Origin: Streptacidiphilus rugosus AM-16
GTDB taxonomy: Bacteria; Actinomycetota; Actinomycetes; Streptomycetales; Streptomycetaceae
Direction: 5' to 3'
Length of the DNA: 24,000 nucleotides
Assembly (NCBI RefSeq): GCF_000744655.1
Contig: NZ_JQMJ01000004.1
Span: 6,751,698-6,775,697, forward strand
Shown: piece after piece, positions 9,185 to 17,460 of the stretch
Layout: the number at the start of each line of letters is the position of its first letter
How positions within the stretch are numbered: position 1 is the first letter of the stretch
Program-made: the position numbers and the translations under genes
The notes under the pieces: model-generated
The model's database searches: none
Seen by the model: the letters and a program-made list of their open reading frames with translations, nothing else
What the model was told of the DNA's origin: nothing

Positions 9185-10114
9185 TCAGAGCACGGTCGCT
9201 CCGGGGACGGGGCCCTCCGCCTGGCGGACTTCGCGGCAGGTGCCGGAGAGGGCGAGCGCGGCGGCGACCGCGGACGCCTCGGCCGCGTTCTTGGCGAGGA
9301 AGGCACAGGTCGGTCCCGAGCCCGAGACCAGGGCGCCGATCGCGCCAGCCTCGCTGCCCGCGCGCAGGGTGTCGGCCAGCGCGGGGCGCAGCGACAGCGC
9401 CGCGGCCTGCAGGTCGTTGCTGAGGGCGGCGCCCAGCGCGGCGGCGTCGCCGGCGGCCAGCGCCTCCAGCAGCGCGGTGTCGGGGGCGGGCGCGGGGATC
9501 CGCGTCTCGTCCGCGCCGCCGGGACCGGCGGCGACCTCGCGCAGGCGGTCGCACTCGCCGTAGACGGCGGGCGTCGACAGGCCGCCGTCGGCGACGGCGA
9601 AGACCCAGTGGAAGCCGCCGCCGGTGGGGATCGCGGTGAGCCGCTCGCCGCGCCCCTCGCCGAGGGCGACCCCGCCCTGCAGCGAGAAGGGCACGTCGCT
9701 GCCGAGCTCCGCCGCGAGCGCGAACAGCGTCTCCCGCGGCGTGTCCAGGCCCCACAGCGCGTCGCAGGCCAGCAGCGCGGCGGCGGCGTCGGCGCTGCCT
9801 CCGGCCATGCCCCCGGCGACCGGGATGTCCTTGGCGATGTGCAGCGCGACGTTCGCCTCGACCCCGTGGTGCGCGGCGAGCGCGCGCGCCGCACGGGCCG
9901 CGAGGTTGCTGTCGTCGGTCGGCACCACGTCCGCGTCCCGGCCCTCGACGGTGAGCGTCAGGCCGTCCGCCGGGCGGGCGGTGACGGTGTCGTAGAGGCC
10001 GACCGCGAAGAAGACGGTCGCCAGCGCGTGGAAGCCGTCGGCGCGGCGGCCGCCGACGGCGAGTTGCACGTTGACCTTGGCGGGGACGCGGACGGTGACG
10101 TCGGCGGCGGACAT
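9185..10114 (-). CDS. ispE: 4-diphosphocytidyl-2-C-methyl-D-erythritol kinase
   Basis: N-terminus MSAADVTVRVPAKVNVQLAVGGRRADGFHALATVF and GHMP motif IPVAGGMAGGSADAAAAL. ATG 10112-10114 has AGGAGC 9 nt upstream. The 459-aa track ORF is a 5' over-extension into ksgA. An alternative ATG at 10198 lacks a Shine-Dalgarno sequence. Confidence 0.88.
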   Translation of the reverse strand: MSAADVTVRVPAKVNVQLAVGGRRADGFHALATVFFAVGLYDTVTARPADGLTLTVEGRDADVVPTDDSNLAARAARALAAHHGVEANVALHIAKDIPVAGGMAGGSADAAAALLACDALWGLDTPRETLFALAAELGSDVPFSLQGGVALGEGRGERLTAIPTGGGFHWVFAVADGGLSTPAVYGECDRLREVAAGPGGADETRIPAPAPDTALLEALAAGDAAALGAALSNDLQAAALSLRPALADTLRAGSEAGAIGALVSGSGPTCAFLAKNAAEASAVAAALALSGTCREVRQAEGPVPGATVL

Positions 10115-10208
10115 CGGCGGGATGCTCCTGACGGGCCGGTGGGCGGGTGCTGCGGGCGTCGGGCCGGTTGCGGTCCCGGTGCCCGGACGGCGGTTCATTG
10201 TGGCAAGA

Positions 10209-10225
10209 CCGGGGCCGCGCCCCGG
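10209..10225 (-). other. Short GC hairpin between ksgA and ispE
   Basis: CCGGGGC-cgc-GCCCCGG lies 9 nt after the ksgA stop. It could be an attenuator or an mRNA-stability element within the operon. Confidence 0.3.
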
Positions 10226-10233
10226 CGCTGCCC

Positions 10234-11136
10234 TCAGTCCTGGTGCTGCGGCTTGTTCTCGGCGATGGCGATGAACTGCTCCACCGTCAGGGCCTCGCCG
10301 CGCAGCCGGTGGTCGATGCCCGCGGCCTGCAGCGCCGCCTCCGCGGCGACCGGGCTGCCCGCCCAGCCCGCGAGCGCGGCGCGGAGCGTCTTCCTGCGCT
10401 GCGCGAACGCCGCGTCCACGACCGCGAAGACCTCCCGCCGCGAGGCCGTCGTCCTGATCGGCTCGTCGCGCCGGACCAGCGAGACCAGCCCGGAGTCGAC
10501 GTTCGGCGCGGGCCAGAAGACGTTGCGCCCGATCGACCCGGCCCGCTTGACCCTGGCGTACCACTGGGCCTTGACCGAGGGGACGCCGTAGACCTTGTTG
10601 CCGGGCTGGGCGGCGAGCCGGTCGGCGACCTCGGCCTGCACCATCACGAGCGTGCGCTCGATCGTCGGGAACTGCTCCAGCATGTGCAGCAGCACCGGGA
10701 CGGCGACGTTGTAGGGGAGGTTCGCGACCAGCGCGGTCGGGGCGGGGCCCGGCAGCTCGGTGACGGTCATCGCGTCGGCGTGGACCAGCGCGAAGCGGTC
10801 GGCGCGCTCGGGCATCCTGGCCGCGACGGTCGCCGGCAGGTGCTGCGCGAGCAGCGCGTCGATCTCGACGGCGGTGACCCGCTCCGCCGCCTCCAGCAGT
10901 CCGAGCGTCAGCGAGCCCAGACCCGGGCCGACCTCGACCACGACGTCGTCGGGCCGCACCTCGGCGGCGCGGACGATGCGGCGCACCGTGTTGGCGTCGA
11001 TGACGAAGTTCTGTCCGCGCTGCTTGGTCGGGCGGACGCCCAGCCGGCCGGCCAGTTCACGGATGTCGGCGGGGCCGAGCAGAGCGGCGTCGGAGGACTG
11101 GGCCTCGACGGGCTGGTCGGGATCGGTGGTGCTCAC
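10234..11136 (-). CDS. rsmA: 16S rRNA (adenine1518/1519-N6)-dimethyltransferase
   Basis: 300 aa with a GTG start. Has the SAM motif [12 protein letters not shown] and [11 protein letters not shown], the typical KsgA/RsmA layout. Confidence 0.9.
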   Translation of the reverse strand: MSTTDPDQPVEAQSSDAALLGPADIRELAGRLGVRPTKQRGQNFVIDANTVRRIVRAAEVRPDDVVVEVGPGLGSLTLGLLEAAERVTAVEIDALLAQHLPATVAARMPERADRFALVHADAMTVTELPGPAPTALVANLPYNVAVPVLLHMLEQFPTIERTLVMVQAEVADRLAAQPGNKVYGVPSVKAQWYARVKRAGSIGRNVFWPAPNVDSGLVSLVRRDEPIRTTASRREVFAVVDAAFAQRRKTLRAALAGWAGSPVAAEAALQAAGIDHRLRGEALTVEQFIAIAENKPQHQD

Positions 11137-11190
11137 CCGGCAAGGATACGGGGCGGCGGGAGCGCGAACCGGCGCGCACCCCGCCGGTGG

Positions 11191-11856
11191 TCAGCCGTGG
11201 GCGCGGTGGCCGCAGGAGGGCCAGGGCGCGGTGCCGCGCTCGTGGAAGAGGGTGCGCGCGCGGGAGGTCTGCTCCGACGCGGAGGCGTTCTGCGGCAGGC
11301 CGTGACCGCCGAGGCTGTGCCAGGTGTGCGCGTCGAACTGGTAGAGCCCGCCGTAGCGGCCGGACGGGTCGGTGATGTGCGGGTTGCCGCCGGACTCGCA
11401 GCGGGCCAGCGCGCCCCAGTCGAGATCGCCGGTGACGTGGGACAGGCTCGACAGGTCGGTGAAGGCCCCCGCGCGATGGCGGCCGTGCCCGGCCGCGATG
11501 ACGGCGTGGTCGCTGACGTGCGCCGGTTCGGCCGCCCGGTGGTGCGGCTTGGCGTGTCTGGGCCGGTGCGGCAGTTCGGGCGCGGACGGCGTGGAGGGCA
11601 TCTGCGGCAGGGCGAGGGAGTCGACCGACCGCGGCGACGGCAGCGCCGCCGTCCCGGCGCCGTGCTGCGTCGCAGCGCCGGACGCACCGGCCGCGTCCAC
11701 AGCCACCGCGCCGTCGGGCAGCAGGTCCGCGGCCTCGGTCACCCGCTCGTCGCCGCGGGGCTCCTCGGCCAGGAACGCGCCGGTGCCGCCGACCAGCAGC
11801 GCCAGGATCAACGCCTGCGGCAGCGTCCGTGGTGACGCACCTGAAGAAACGTTCAC
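11191..11856 (-). CDS. Secreted or membrane-anchored resuscitation-promoting-factor (Rpf) domain protein, short form
   Basis: C-terminal Rpf/transglycosylase-like domain: DWGALARCESGGNPHITDPSGRYGGLYQFDAHTWHSLGG...APWPSCG, with the catalytic Glu and the Cys pair. N-terminal hydrophobic segment: LPQALILALLVGGTGAFLA. Start placed at GTG 11854-11856, with GGAGG 6 nt upstream. Confidence 0.85.
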   Translation of the reverse strand: MNVSSGASPRTLPQALILALLVGGTGAFLAEEPRGDERVTEAADLLPDGAVAVDAAGASGAATQHGAGTAALPSPRSVDSLALPQMPSTPSAPELPHRPRHAKPHHRAAEPAHVSDHAVIAAGHGRHRAGAFTDLSSLSHVTGDLDWGALARCESGGNPHITDPSGRYGGLYQFDAHTWHSLGGHGLPQNASASEQTSRARTLFHERGTAPWPSCGHRAHG

Positions 11857-11970
11857 GCGTGGCCTCCGCCGCGTCGTCGGTCGTCCGTCGTCCGTGCGGG
11901 GCGACGTGCGGACTGACCAACGAAGAGCCGGGGCCCACGTCACGCCCCGCAGGGGTGGCGTCGGCGCGGC

Positions 11971-12846
11971 TCAGTAGTCGAAGGCGCGCGCGGTGTTGGC
12001 GGCGACGGCGGCCGCGAGTTCGTCCTCCTCGATGCCCCTGACCTGGGCCATCGCCCGCAGCGTGAGCGGGATCAGGTAGGGGGCGTTGGGACGGCCGCGG
12101 AAGGGGGCCGGGGTGAGGAACGGCGCGTCGGTCTCCACCAGGACGCGGTCCAGGGGGGTGACGGCGAGGGCCGCGCGCAGGTGGTGGTTGGCCGGGAAGG
12201 TGACCGGCCCGGCGAAGGAGAGGTAGTAGCCGGCCTCGGCGCAGATCTTGGCCATCTCCTCGTCGCCCGAGTAGCAGTGGAAGACGGTGCGCTCGGGCGC
12301 ACCCTCCTCGGCGAGAATCCGCAGCACGTCCTCGTGGGCGTCGCGGTCGTGGATGACCAGCGCCTTGCCGTGCTTCTTCGCCAGCGCGATGTGCCGCCGG
12401 AACGACTCCTGCTGCACCTCGACGCCCTCGGGCCCGGTGCGGAAGTAGTCCAGTCCGGTCTCCCCGACCCCGCGCACCTGCGGCAGGGCGGCGAGCGCGT
12501 CGATCTCCGCGAGGGCCGCGTCGAGGGCGGCCGTCCCACCGGGGCCGCGCTTCTGGCCGCTCCAGCCGTCCGGGTCGCCGAGGACGATGCGCGGCGCCTC
12601 GTTCGGGTGCAGCGAGACGGTCGCGTGCACGTTCGCGTGAACCCCGGCGATCTCCGCGGCCCACCGTGAACCCGGGACGTCGCAGCCGACCTGGACGAGG
12701 GTGTTCACGCCGACGGAGGCGGCCTTGGCGATGATCTCCTCGGGGGTCGCGTCCTGCATGTCCAGGTGCGTGTGCGAGTCCGCGACGGCAATCCGCAGCG
12801 GCTCCGGCACGGGCGGCGGAGTCGGGTCGCTCTTCGATCGGGCCAC
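11971..12846 (-). CDS. tatD: TatD-family metal-dependent hydrolase
   Basis: Has the DSHTHLD metal-binding motif near the N-terminus and a TIM-barrel TatD-like pattern (HCYSG, ETDAPFL). Start trimmed to GTG 12844-12846, with AAGGA 7 nt upstream. Confidence 0.85.
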   Translation of the reverse strand: MARSKSDPTPPPVPEPLRIAVADSHTHLDMQDATPEEIIAKAASVGVNTLVQVGCDVPGSRWAAEIAGVHANVHATVSLHPNEAPRIVLGDPDGWSGQKRGPGGTAALDAALAEIDALAALPQVRGVGETGLDYFRTGPEGVEVQQESFRRHIALAKKHGKALVIHDRDAHEDVLRILAEEGAPERTVFHCYSGDEEMAKICAEAGYYLSFAGPVTFPANHHLRAALAVTPLDRVLVETDAPFLTPAPFRGRPNAPYLIPLTLRAMAQVRGIEEDELAAAVAANTARAFDY

Positions 12847-12901
12847 GCGGGGATCCTTTCTCAACTCCGGGCAACTCCGGGCGGTCGAGCAGCCATGCAC
12901 T

Positions 12902-12970
12902 GCTCAGGGGCGCGGGGCTCCGCTCGTGAACTGCGTGCGCGAGCGACCACCCGCGGGCGGATGGCCCTGC
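12902..12970. repeat. Dispersed copy of the 719-765 repeat family, in the metG-tatD spacer
   Basis: GCTCAGGGGCGCGGGgctccgctcgtGAACTGCGtgCGCGAGcGACCACCCGcGGGCGGAtGGCCCTGC aligns by eye to 712-765 (GCTCAGGGGCGCGGGAACTGCGCGAGGAACCACCCGGGGCGGACGGCCCTGC), with two small insertions. Confidence 0.7.
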
Positions 12971-13057
12971 TCGCCCGGCGACCCACCACCCAGGGTGGCT
13001 TGTCGCGCACGCACTTCGCGAGCAGAGCCTCGCGCCTCTGGCCGGGTGCGACCGGAC

Positions 13058-14665
13058 CTAGTCGGCCTTCTTCTCCTCGAGGCGGGGGAAGAGGATCTCG
13101 CCCTTGGTCACCGTGACGCCCGCGGGGAGCACGCCCCACCGAGCCGCCTCGTCGATCCGCTGCGCGGGCAGCGCGCCCAGCACGGCCTCCGCGCCGAGGG
13201 AGTCCCAGAGCAGCCCGGAGACCCGCGGCATGACCGGGTTCAGCAGAACCGCGATGCCGCGCAGCGACTCCGCCGCCGCGTAGAGGATCGTCGCCAGGCG
13301 CGCCTGGCCCTCCGCGGACTCGTCCTTGGCGACCTTCCACGGCTCCTGCTCGGTGAGGTAGCCGTTGACCTGCTTGACGAAGTCGAAGATTGCCGCGATG
13401 CCGCCGGCGAAGTCCAGCCTCTCGCCGATCTTGTCGTCCGACTCCGCGACCGCCTTGGCCAGGCCCTCCGCCAGCGCGGCCTCCGCCGGGCCGGACGCCG
13501 TGGCCTCCGGCAGCACGCCGCCGAAGTACTTGCCGACCATCGCGGCCACGCGCGAGGCGAGGTTGCCGAAGTCGTTGGCGAGCTCGGAGGTGTAGCGGGC
13601 GGAGAAGTCCTCCCAGGAGAAGGAACCGTCCGTGCCGAACGGGATCGCCCGCAGGAAGTAGTAGCGGTAGGCGTCCACGCCGAAGTGGGACGTCAGGTCC
13701 TGCGGCGCGATGCCGGTCAGGTTGGACTTGCTCATCTTCTCGCCGCCGACCATCAGCCAGCCGTTGGCGACCACGCGCTTGGGCAGCGGCAGACCGTTGG
13801 CCATCAGCATCGCGGGCCAGATCACGGCGTGGAAGCGGAGGATGTCCTTGCCCACCAGGTGCACGTCGGCCGGGAAGGTCGCCTCGAACTTGCTCTGGTC
13901 GGAGCCGTAGCCGACCGCGGTGGCGTAGTTCAGCAGCGCGTCCACCCACACGTAGATGACGTGCTTCGGGTCCCAGGGGATCTGCACGCCCCAGTCGAAG
14001 GTGGAGCGGGAGATGGAGAGGTCCTGCAGGCCCTGCTCGACGAAGCGGACGACCTCGTTGCGCGCCGACTCCGGCTGGATGAAGTCGGGGTTGGCGGCGT
14101 AGAGCTCCAGCAGCTTGGGGCCGTACTCGGAGAGCTTGAAGAAGTAGTTCTCCTCCTTCAGCATCTCCACCGGCTTCTTGTGGATCGCGCAGATCTTCTG
14201 GCCGGCGAACTCGCCCTCGCCGTCCAGCAGCTCGCCGGGGGCCTTGTACTCCTCGCAGCCCACGCAGTACGGGCCCTCGTAGCCGCCCTGGTAGATCTCG
14301 CCCTTGTCGTAGAGGTCCTGGACGAACTCCTGCACCCGGGCCGTGTGGCGGTCCTCGGTGGTGCGGATGAAGTCGTCGTTGGCGATCTCCAGGTGCTCCC
14401 AGAGCGGCTTCCAGGCCTCCTCGACCAGCTTGTCGCACCACTCCTGCGGTGAGACGCCGTTGGCCTCGGCGGTGCGCATGATCTTCTGACCGTGCTCGTC
14501 CGTCCCGGTCAGGTACCACACCTGCTCACCGCGCTGGCGGTGCCAGCGGGTCAGCACGTCACCGGCGACGGTGGTGTAGGCGTGGCCCAGGTGCGGGCGG
14601 TCGTTGACGTAGTAGATCGGCGTCGAGACGTAGTAGCTCTTACCGGGGTTCTGGACGGCGGTCAT
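13058..14665 (-). CDS. metG: Methionine--tRNA ligase
   Basis: Has the HIGH motif (RPHLGHAY), KMSKS (GEKMSKSN) and a zinc-knuckle region (CVGC...CAIH). Start trimmed from the 791-aa track ORF to ATG 14663-14665 (MTAVQNPGKSYYVSTPIYYVN). No strong Shine-Dalgarno sequence, so the start is somewhat uncertain. Confidence 0.9.
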   Translation of the reverse strand: MTAVQNPGKSYYVSTPIYYVNDRPHLGHAYTTVAGDVLTRWHRQRGEQVWYLTGTDEHGQKIMRTAEANGVSPQEWCDKLVEEAWKPLWEHLEIANDDFIRTTEDRHTARVQEFVQDLYDKGEIYQGGYEGPYCVGCEEYKAPGELLDGEGEFAGQKICAIHKKPVEMLKEENYFFKLSEYGPKLLELYAANPDFIQPESARNEVVRFVEQGLQDLSISRSTFDWGVQIPWDPKHVIYVWVDALLNYATAVGYGSDQSKFEATFPADVHLVGKDILRFHAVIWPAMLMANGLPLPKRVVANGWLMVGGEKMSKSNLTGIAPQDLTSHFGVDAYRYYFLRAIPFGTDGSFSWEDFSARYTSELANDFGNLASRVAAMVGKYFGGVLPEATASGPAEAALAEGLAKAVAESDDKIGERLDFAGGIAAIFDFVKQVNGYLTEQEPWKVAKDESAEGQARLATILYAAAESLRGIAVLLNPVMPRVSGLLWDSLGAEAVLGALPAQRIDEAARWGVLPAGVTVTKGEILFPRLEEKKAD

Positions 14666-14755
14666 GCCGCAATGGTATCGGCCGCCGGGGGTGCCTCCGC
14701 CCGAGTGATCACAGCGTGAGAGGGAAGCCTTCTGGGCAGGCGAGGGGGTGGGCGA

Positions 14756-16759
14756 ATGCAGGCGCTCGAGGGCGGCGATCCGGAACAACTGGGTGGGTAC
14801 AGACTGCTGGCGCGGCTGGGGGCCGGCGGCATGGGGAGGGTCTATCTGGCCCGTTCGCGGGGCGGGCGGCGGGTGGCCCTGAAAGTGATCCGGCCGGAGC
14901 TGGCCGACGACCCGGACTTCAGGGCCAGGTTCGCCAGGGAGGTCGCGGCGGCGCGGGTGGTCGGCGGGGCGTTCACGGTGGCGGTGCTGGACGCCGACAC
15001 CGAGGCGGACACCCCGTGGCTGGCGACGGAGTTCGTGGCCGCGCCGACTCTGGCCCAGGCGGTCCGCGAGCGAGGGCCGCTGCCGGTCGAGTCGGTGGTC
15101 GCGCTGGCGGCCGGGCTGGCCGAGGGGCTGGCCGCGATCCACGCGGCCGGTGTGGTGCACCGCGATCTCAAGCCGTCCAACGTGCTGCTGGCGCTGGACG
15201 GACCGCGGGTCATCGACTTCGGGATCTCCCGGGCGATGGAGGCGACGGAGCTGACCCGCACCGGGGTCGTCGTCGGCTCGCCGGGCTTCATGTCCCCCGA
15301 GCAGATCGAGGGCGGCCGGGTCACCCCCGCGACCGACGTCTTCTCGCTCGGCGCGGTGCTCGCCTACGCGGCGGTCGGCCACGGGCCGTTCGGCGACGGG
15401 GCGACGCCCGCCCTGCTCTACCGGGTCGTCCACGCGGAGCCGCAGCTGGAGACGGTTCCCGCCGCGGTGCGCGGACTGATCGCCTCCTGTCTCGCGAAGG
15501 AACCGAGCCTGCGCCCCACACCGGACGCGCTGCTCGACCTGCTGGAGGCCTCGGGCCAGGGCGCGGAGCCCACGCAGACCTGGCTGCCGGTCGAGCTGAC
15601 CAGCATGATCGAACGCGTCGAGGCGGAGTTCCCCAGCAGGCTCGGCTCCCTGTCGGGCCCGACCGCGGCGGCGTCACCGCCGCCCACTCCCCCGCCGACC
15701 CCGGCGATCCCGCCGACACCCGCACCCGGGCCGACGCCGGGCGCTGCGCCGACCGCCACGACGCCCCTGTTCACACCGGCCGCCGCATCGGAGCGGCCGA
15801 CCCCGCCGCTGCCCGGTTTCGGCCCGGCGCCGGCGTCGTTCGCCGTGAACGCCCCGGCCCAGGCATCGGGCGGAGCGCGGGGGAGGAACCGGGCGGGCCG
15901 ACGGACCGCCGTGCTGGTGACCGCGGTCCTGCTGCTCGGTCTGCTCGCCACCGGTGTCTGGGCGCTGACCCGTGACCACGCAGGCGGCAACGGCGCGGCC
16001 GGCCTCAGCACGCCGACCCTCGGCGCGACCGGCGCCGCGGCGACCACCTCGCCCTACGCGTCCGGGTCGGACTCCGGCTCCGGTGCCGCGGGCGCCTCGG
16101 CCTCCGACACCTCGACCGTGAACGCGGCGGTCACGGTGACCGTCCCCGGCGTGGTGGGCGAGACGGTGAGCCGGGCGGAGCACGACCTGACCGCGGCCGG
16201 ATTCTCCCGGGACGCCATCAGGACCACGCTGACCTGCGAGGGCAACGCGCGCGGCGTCACCGGCGTGCTCAGCCAGAGCCCGACGGCCGGCTCGGCAGTG
16301 GCCTCGACCCGCACGGTGCGACTGACGGCGGAGGCGGCGGACTGCAAGGCCTACGCGAGCGAAGTCGGCCGCCCGGTGGCGTACGCCGTCACGGACCTGG
16401 CGAACCAGGGGTTCACGAACGTGAGCAACCAGCCGGGCAACGTCTGCGGCGTGGCGACGGACCCGGTCGGGACCGTGGAGGCGCAGGACCCGCAACCGGT
16501 CGCCGAGGGGGCGCTCAGGGCGGGCACCGCGATCACGCTGTTCACACAGCCCCAGGACTGTGTATCGCCGTCGCCGACAGCGACGAGCGCGATGTCGCCG
16601 TCGGCGGCCGCGAGGAGCGGATCGTCGCCGTCTCCCGCGGCGGCGTCTCCCTCGGCGGCGACGGCGAGCGCCTATGTGCCGTCCCCGGCCACGACGACCG
16701 CGTCGTCACGGCCGTCGTCACGGCCGTCCTCACCGCCGCCGTCGCCGACCGCGACATGA
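14756..16759 (+). CDS. Hanks-type Ser/Thr protein kinase with one transmembrane helix, two extracellular PASTA-like repeats and a Ser/Pro/Thr/Ala-rich tail
   Basis: Kinase motifs: G-loop LGAGGMGRVY, ALKVI, HRDLKPSN, DFG and SPE. Pro-rich linker. Transmembrane helix VLVTAVLLLGLLATGVWAL (about 15904-15966). PASTA-like repeats VPGVVGETVSRAEHDLTAAGF...VLSQSPTAGSAV and EVGRPVAYAVTDLANQGF...VEAQDPQP. Low-complexity tail from about 16561. Confidence 0.88.
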   Translation: MQALEGGDPEQLGGYRLLARLGAGGMGRVYLARSRGGRRVALKVIRPELADDPDFRARFAREVAAARVVGGAFTVAVLDADTEADTPWLATEFVAAPTLAQAVRERGPLPVESVVALAAGLAEGLAAIHAAGVVHRDLKPSNVLLALDGPRVIDFGISRAMEATELTRTGVVVGSPGFMSPEQIEGGRVTPATDVFSLGAVLAYAAVGHGPFGDGATPALLYRVVHAEPQLETVPAAVRGLIASCLAKEPSLRPTPDALLDLLEASGQGAEPTQTWLPVELTSMIERVEAEFPSRLGSLSGPTAAASPPPTPPPTPAIPPTPAPGPTPGAAPTATTPLFTPAAASERPTPPLPGFGPAPASFAVNAPAQASGGARGRNRAGRRTAVLVTAVLLLGLLATGVWALTRDHAGGNGAAGLSTPTLGATGAAATTSPYASGSDSGSGAAGASASDTSTVNAAVTVTVPGVVGETVSRAEHDLTAAGFSRDAIRTTLTCEGNARGVTGVLSQSPTAGSAVASTRTVRLTAEAADCKAYASEVGRPVAYAVTDLANQGFTNVSNQPGNVCGVATDPVGTVEAQDPQPVAEGALRAGTAITLFTQPQDCVSPSPTATSAMSPSAAARSGSSPSPAAASPSAATASAYVPSPATTTASSRPSSRPSSPPPSPTAT

Positions 16760-16802
16760 GCCGCCGCGAAGTTGAGGCGGCCGCGAGCTGAGGCGGACCG
16801 TG

Positions 16803-17204
16803 TCAGCGGTCGCGGTGCCAGTGGAAGGGCAGGTGGAAGTGCCTCCGCCGGTCGGCCGGCGGGGGCGTCTCCGCCTTCGGCTCCGCCGTCGCCTCGGCGT
16901 CGGCCTCGGTGTGGGCTTCCGGCTTGTGCGGGTGCCAGTTCTCGGCGACCGTGGCGACCCGCCCGGCGGCCATGATCCGGACGTGCTCACCGCCGCAGCC
17001 GGGGCAGCCGGGGTGCGTCAGGGGCGAGGCCACGGGTACGCCGTTGGCCCGGTAGCGGTAGACCATCCGGCCGTTGTAGTCGACGCTGTGTTCGATCTCG
17101 TATGCCTGCTCCCAGACGAATCCGCAGTTCAGGCAGGCGAAGGAGTAGGCCTCGTGGACCGGCTCCATGGGCTGTCGGCGGGTGGGCACGGAGGTTTCGC
17201 TCAT
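16803..17204 (-). CDS. Small hypothetical protein, four-Cys zinc-ribbon-like, with a His-rich C-terminus
   Basis: 133 aa starting at ATG 17202-17204, with GGAGA 6 nt upstream. Strong GC3 codon bias. CLNC and CPGC pairs lie about 45 residues apart. Tail: RRRHFHLPFHWHRDR. The 173-aa track ORF is probably 5'-extended. Confidence 0.7.
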   Translation of the reverse strand: MSETSVPTRRQPMEPVHEAYSFACLNCGFVWEQAYEIEHSVDYNGRMVYRYRANGVPVASPLTHPGCPGCGGEHVRIMAAGRVATVAENWHPHKPEAHTEADAEATAEPKAETPPPADRRRHFHLPFHWHRDR

Positions 17205-17460
17205 GACGTTCTCCCAGGGCCCGGCGGGCGTCCGCCCGAACCGGGGCTTTCTCGTCCTCATGTTTTCCCGGGGAATGCGGCAGCGAGCCTTCGGCCGGGA
17301 ATTCTTGGGGGAGAGTTGGTGCATTTTGACGCGCCCGCGACCTACCGGGAGGGTTTCGAGGGCGCGGCTTTAGCCGCTGTTTGCCTGTCCCGTCACCGTA
17401 CGCCCGATTGGCTCCGGACGTAAGTCGGGGCAGGTCACGGCGGATGCCCGGGGAACGCCC

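Noticed and set aside
9105-9755. N-terminal extensions of the track ORFs: ABC-F to 9755, ispE to 10564, metG to 15433, galK to 3857, tatD to 12900
   Set aside because: The extensions overlap the upstream gene, are low-complexity and precede the conserved N-termini. Internal GTG or ATG codons with Shine-Dalgarno motifs sit exactly where the homologous N-termini begin.
11857-11970. A cyclic-di-AMP (ydaO-type) riboswitch upstream of the rpf gene, as known for some actinobacterial rpf genes
   Set aside because: Only about 114 nt are available between tatD and the rpf start. I could not recognise the conserved ydaO pseudo-symmetric helices or ACGGGG-type cores by eye. A cmscan against Rfam would be needed, so no claim is made.
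14666-14755. A T-box or other leader upstream of metG
   Set aside because: The whole divergent spacer shared with the kinase gene is about 90 bp, too short for a T-box. No specifier or terminator-antiterminator structure is evident.
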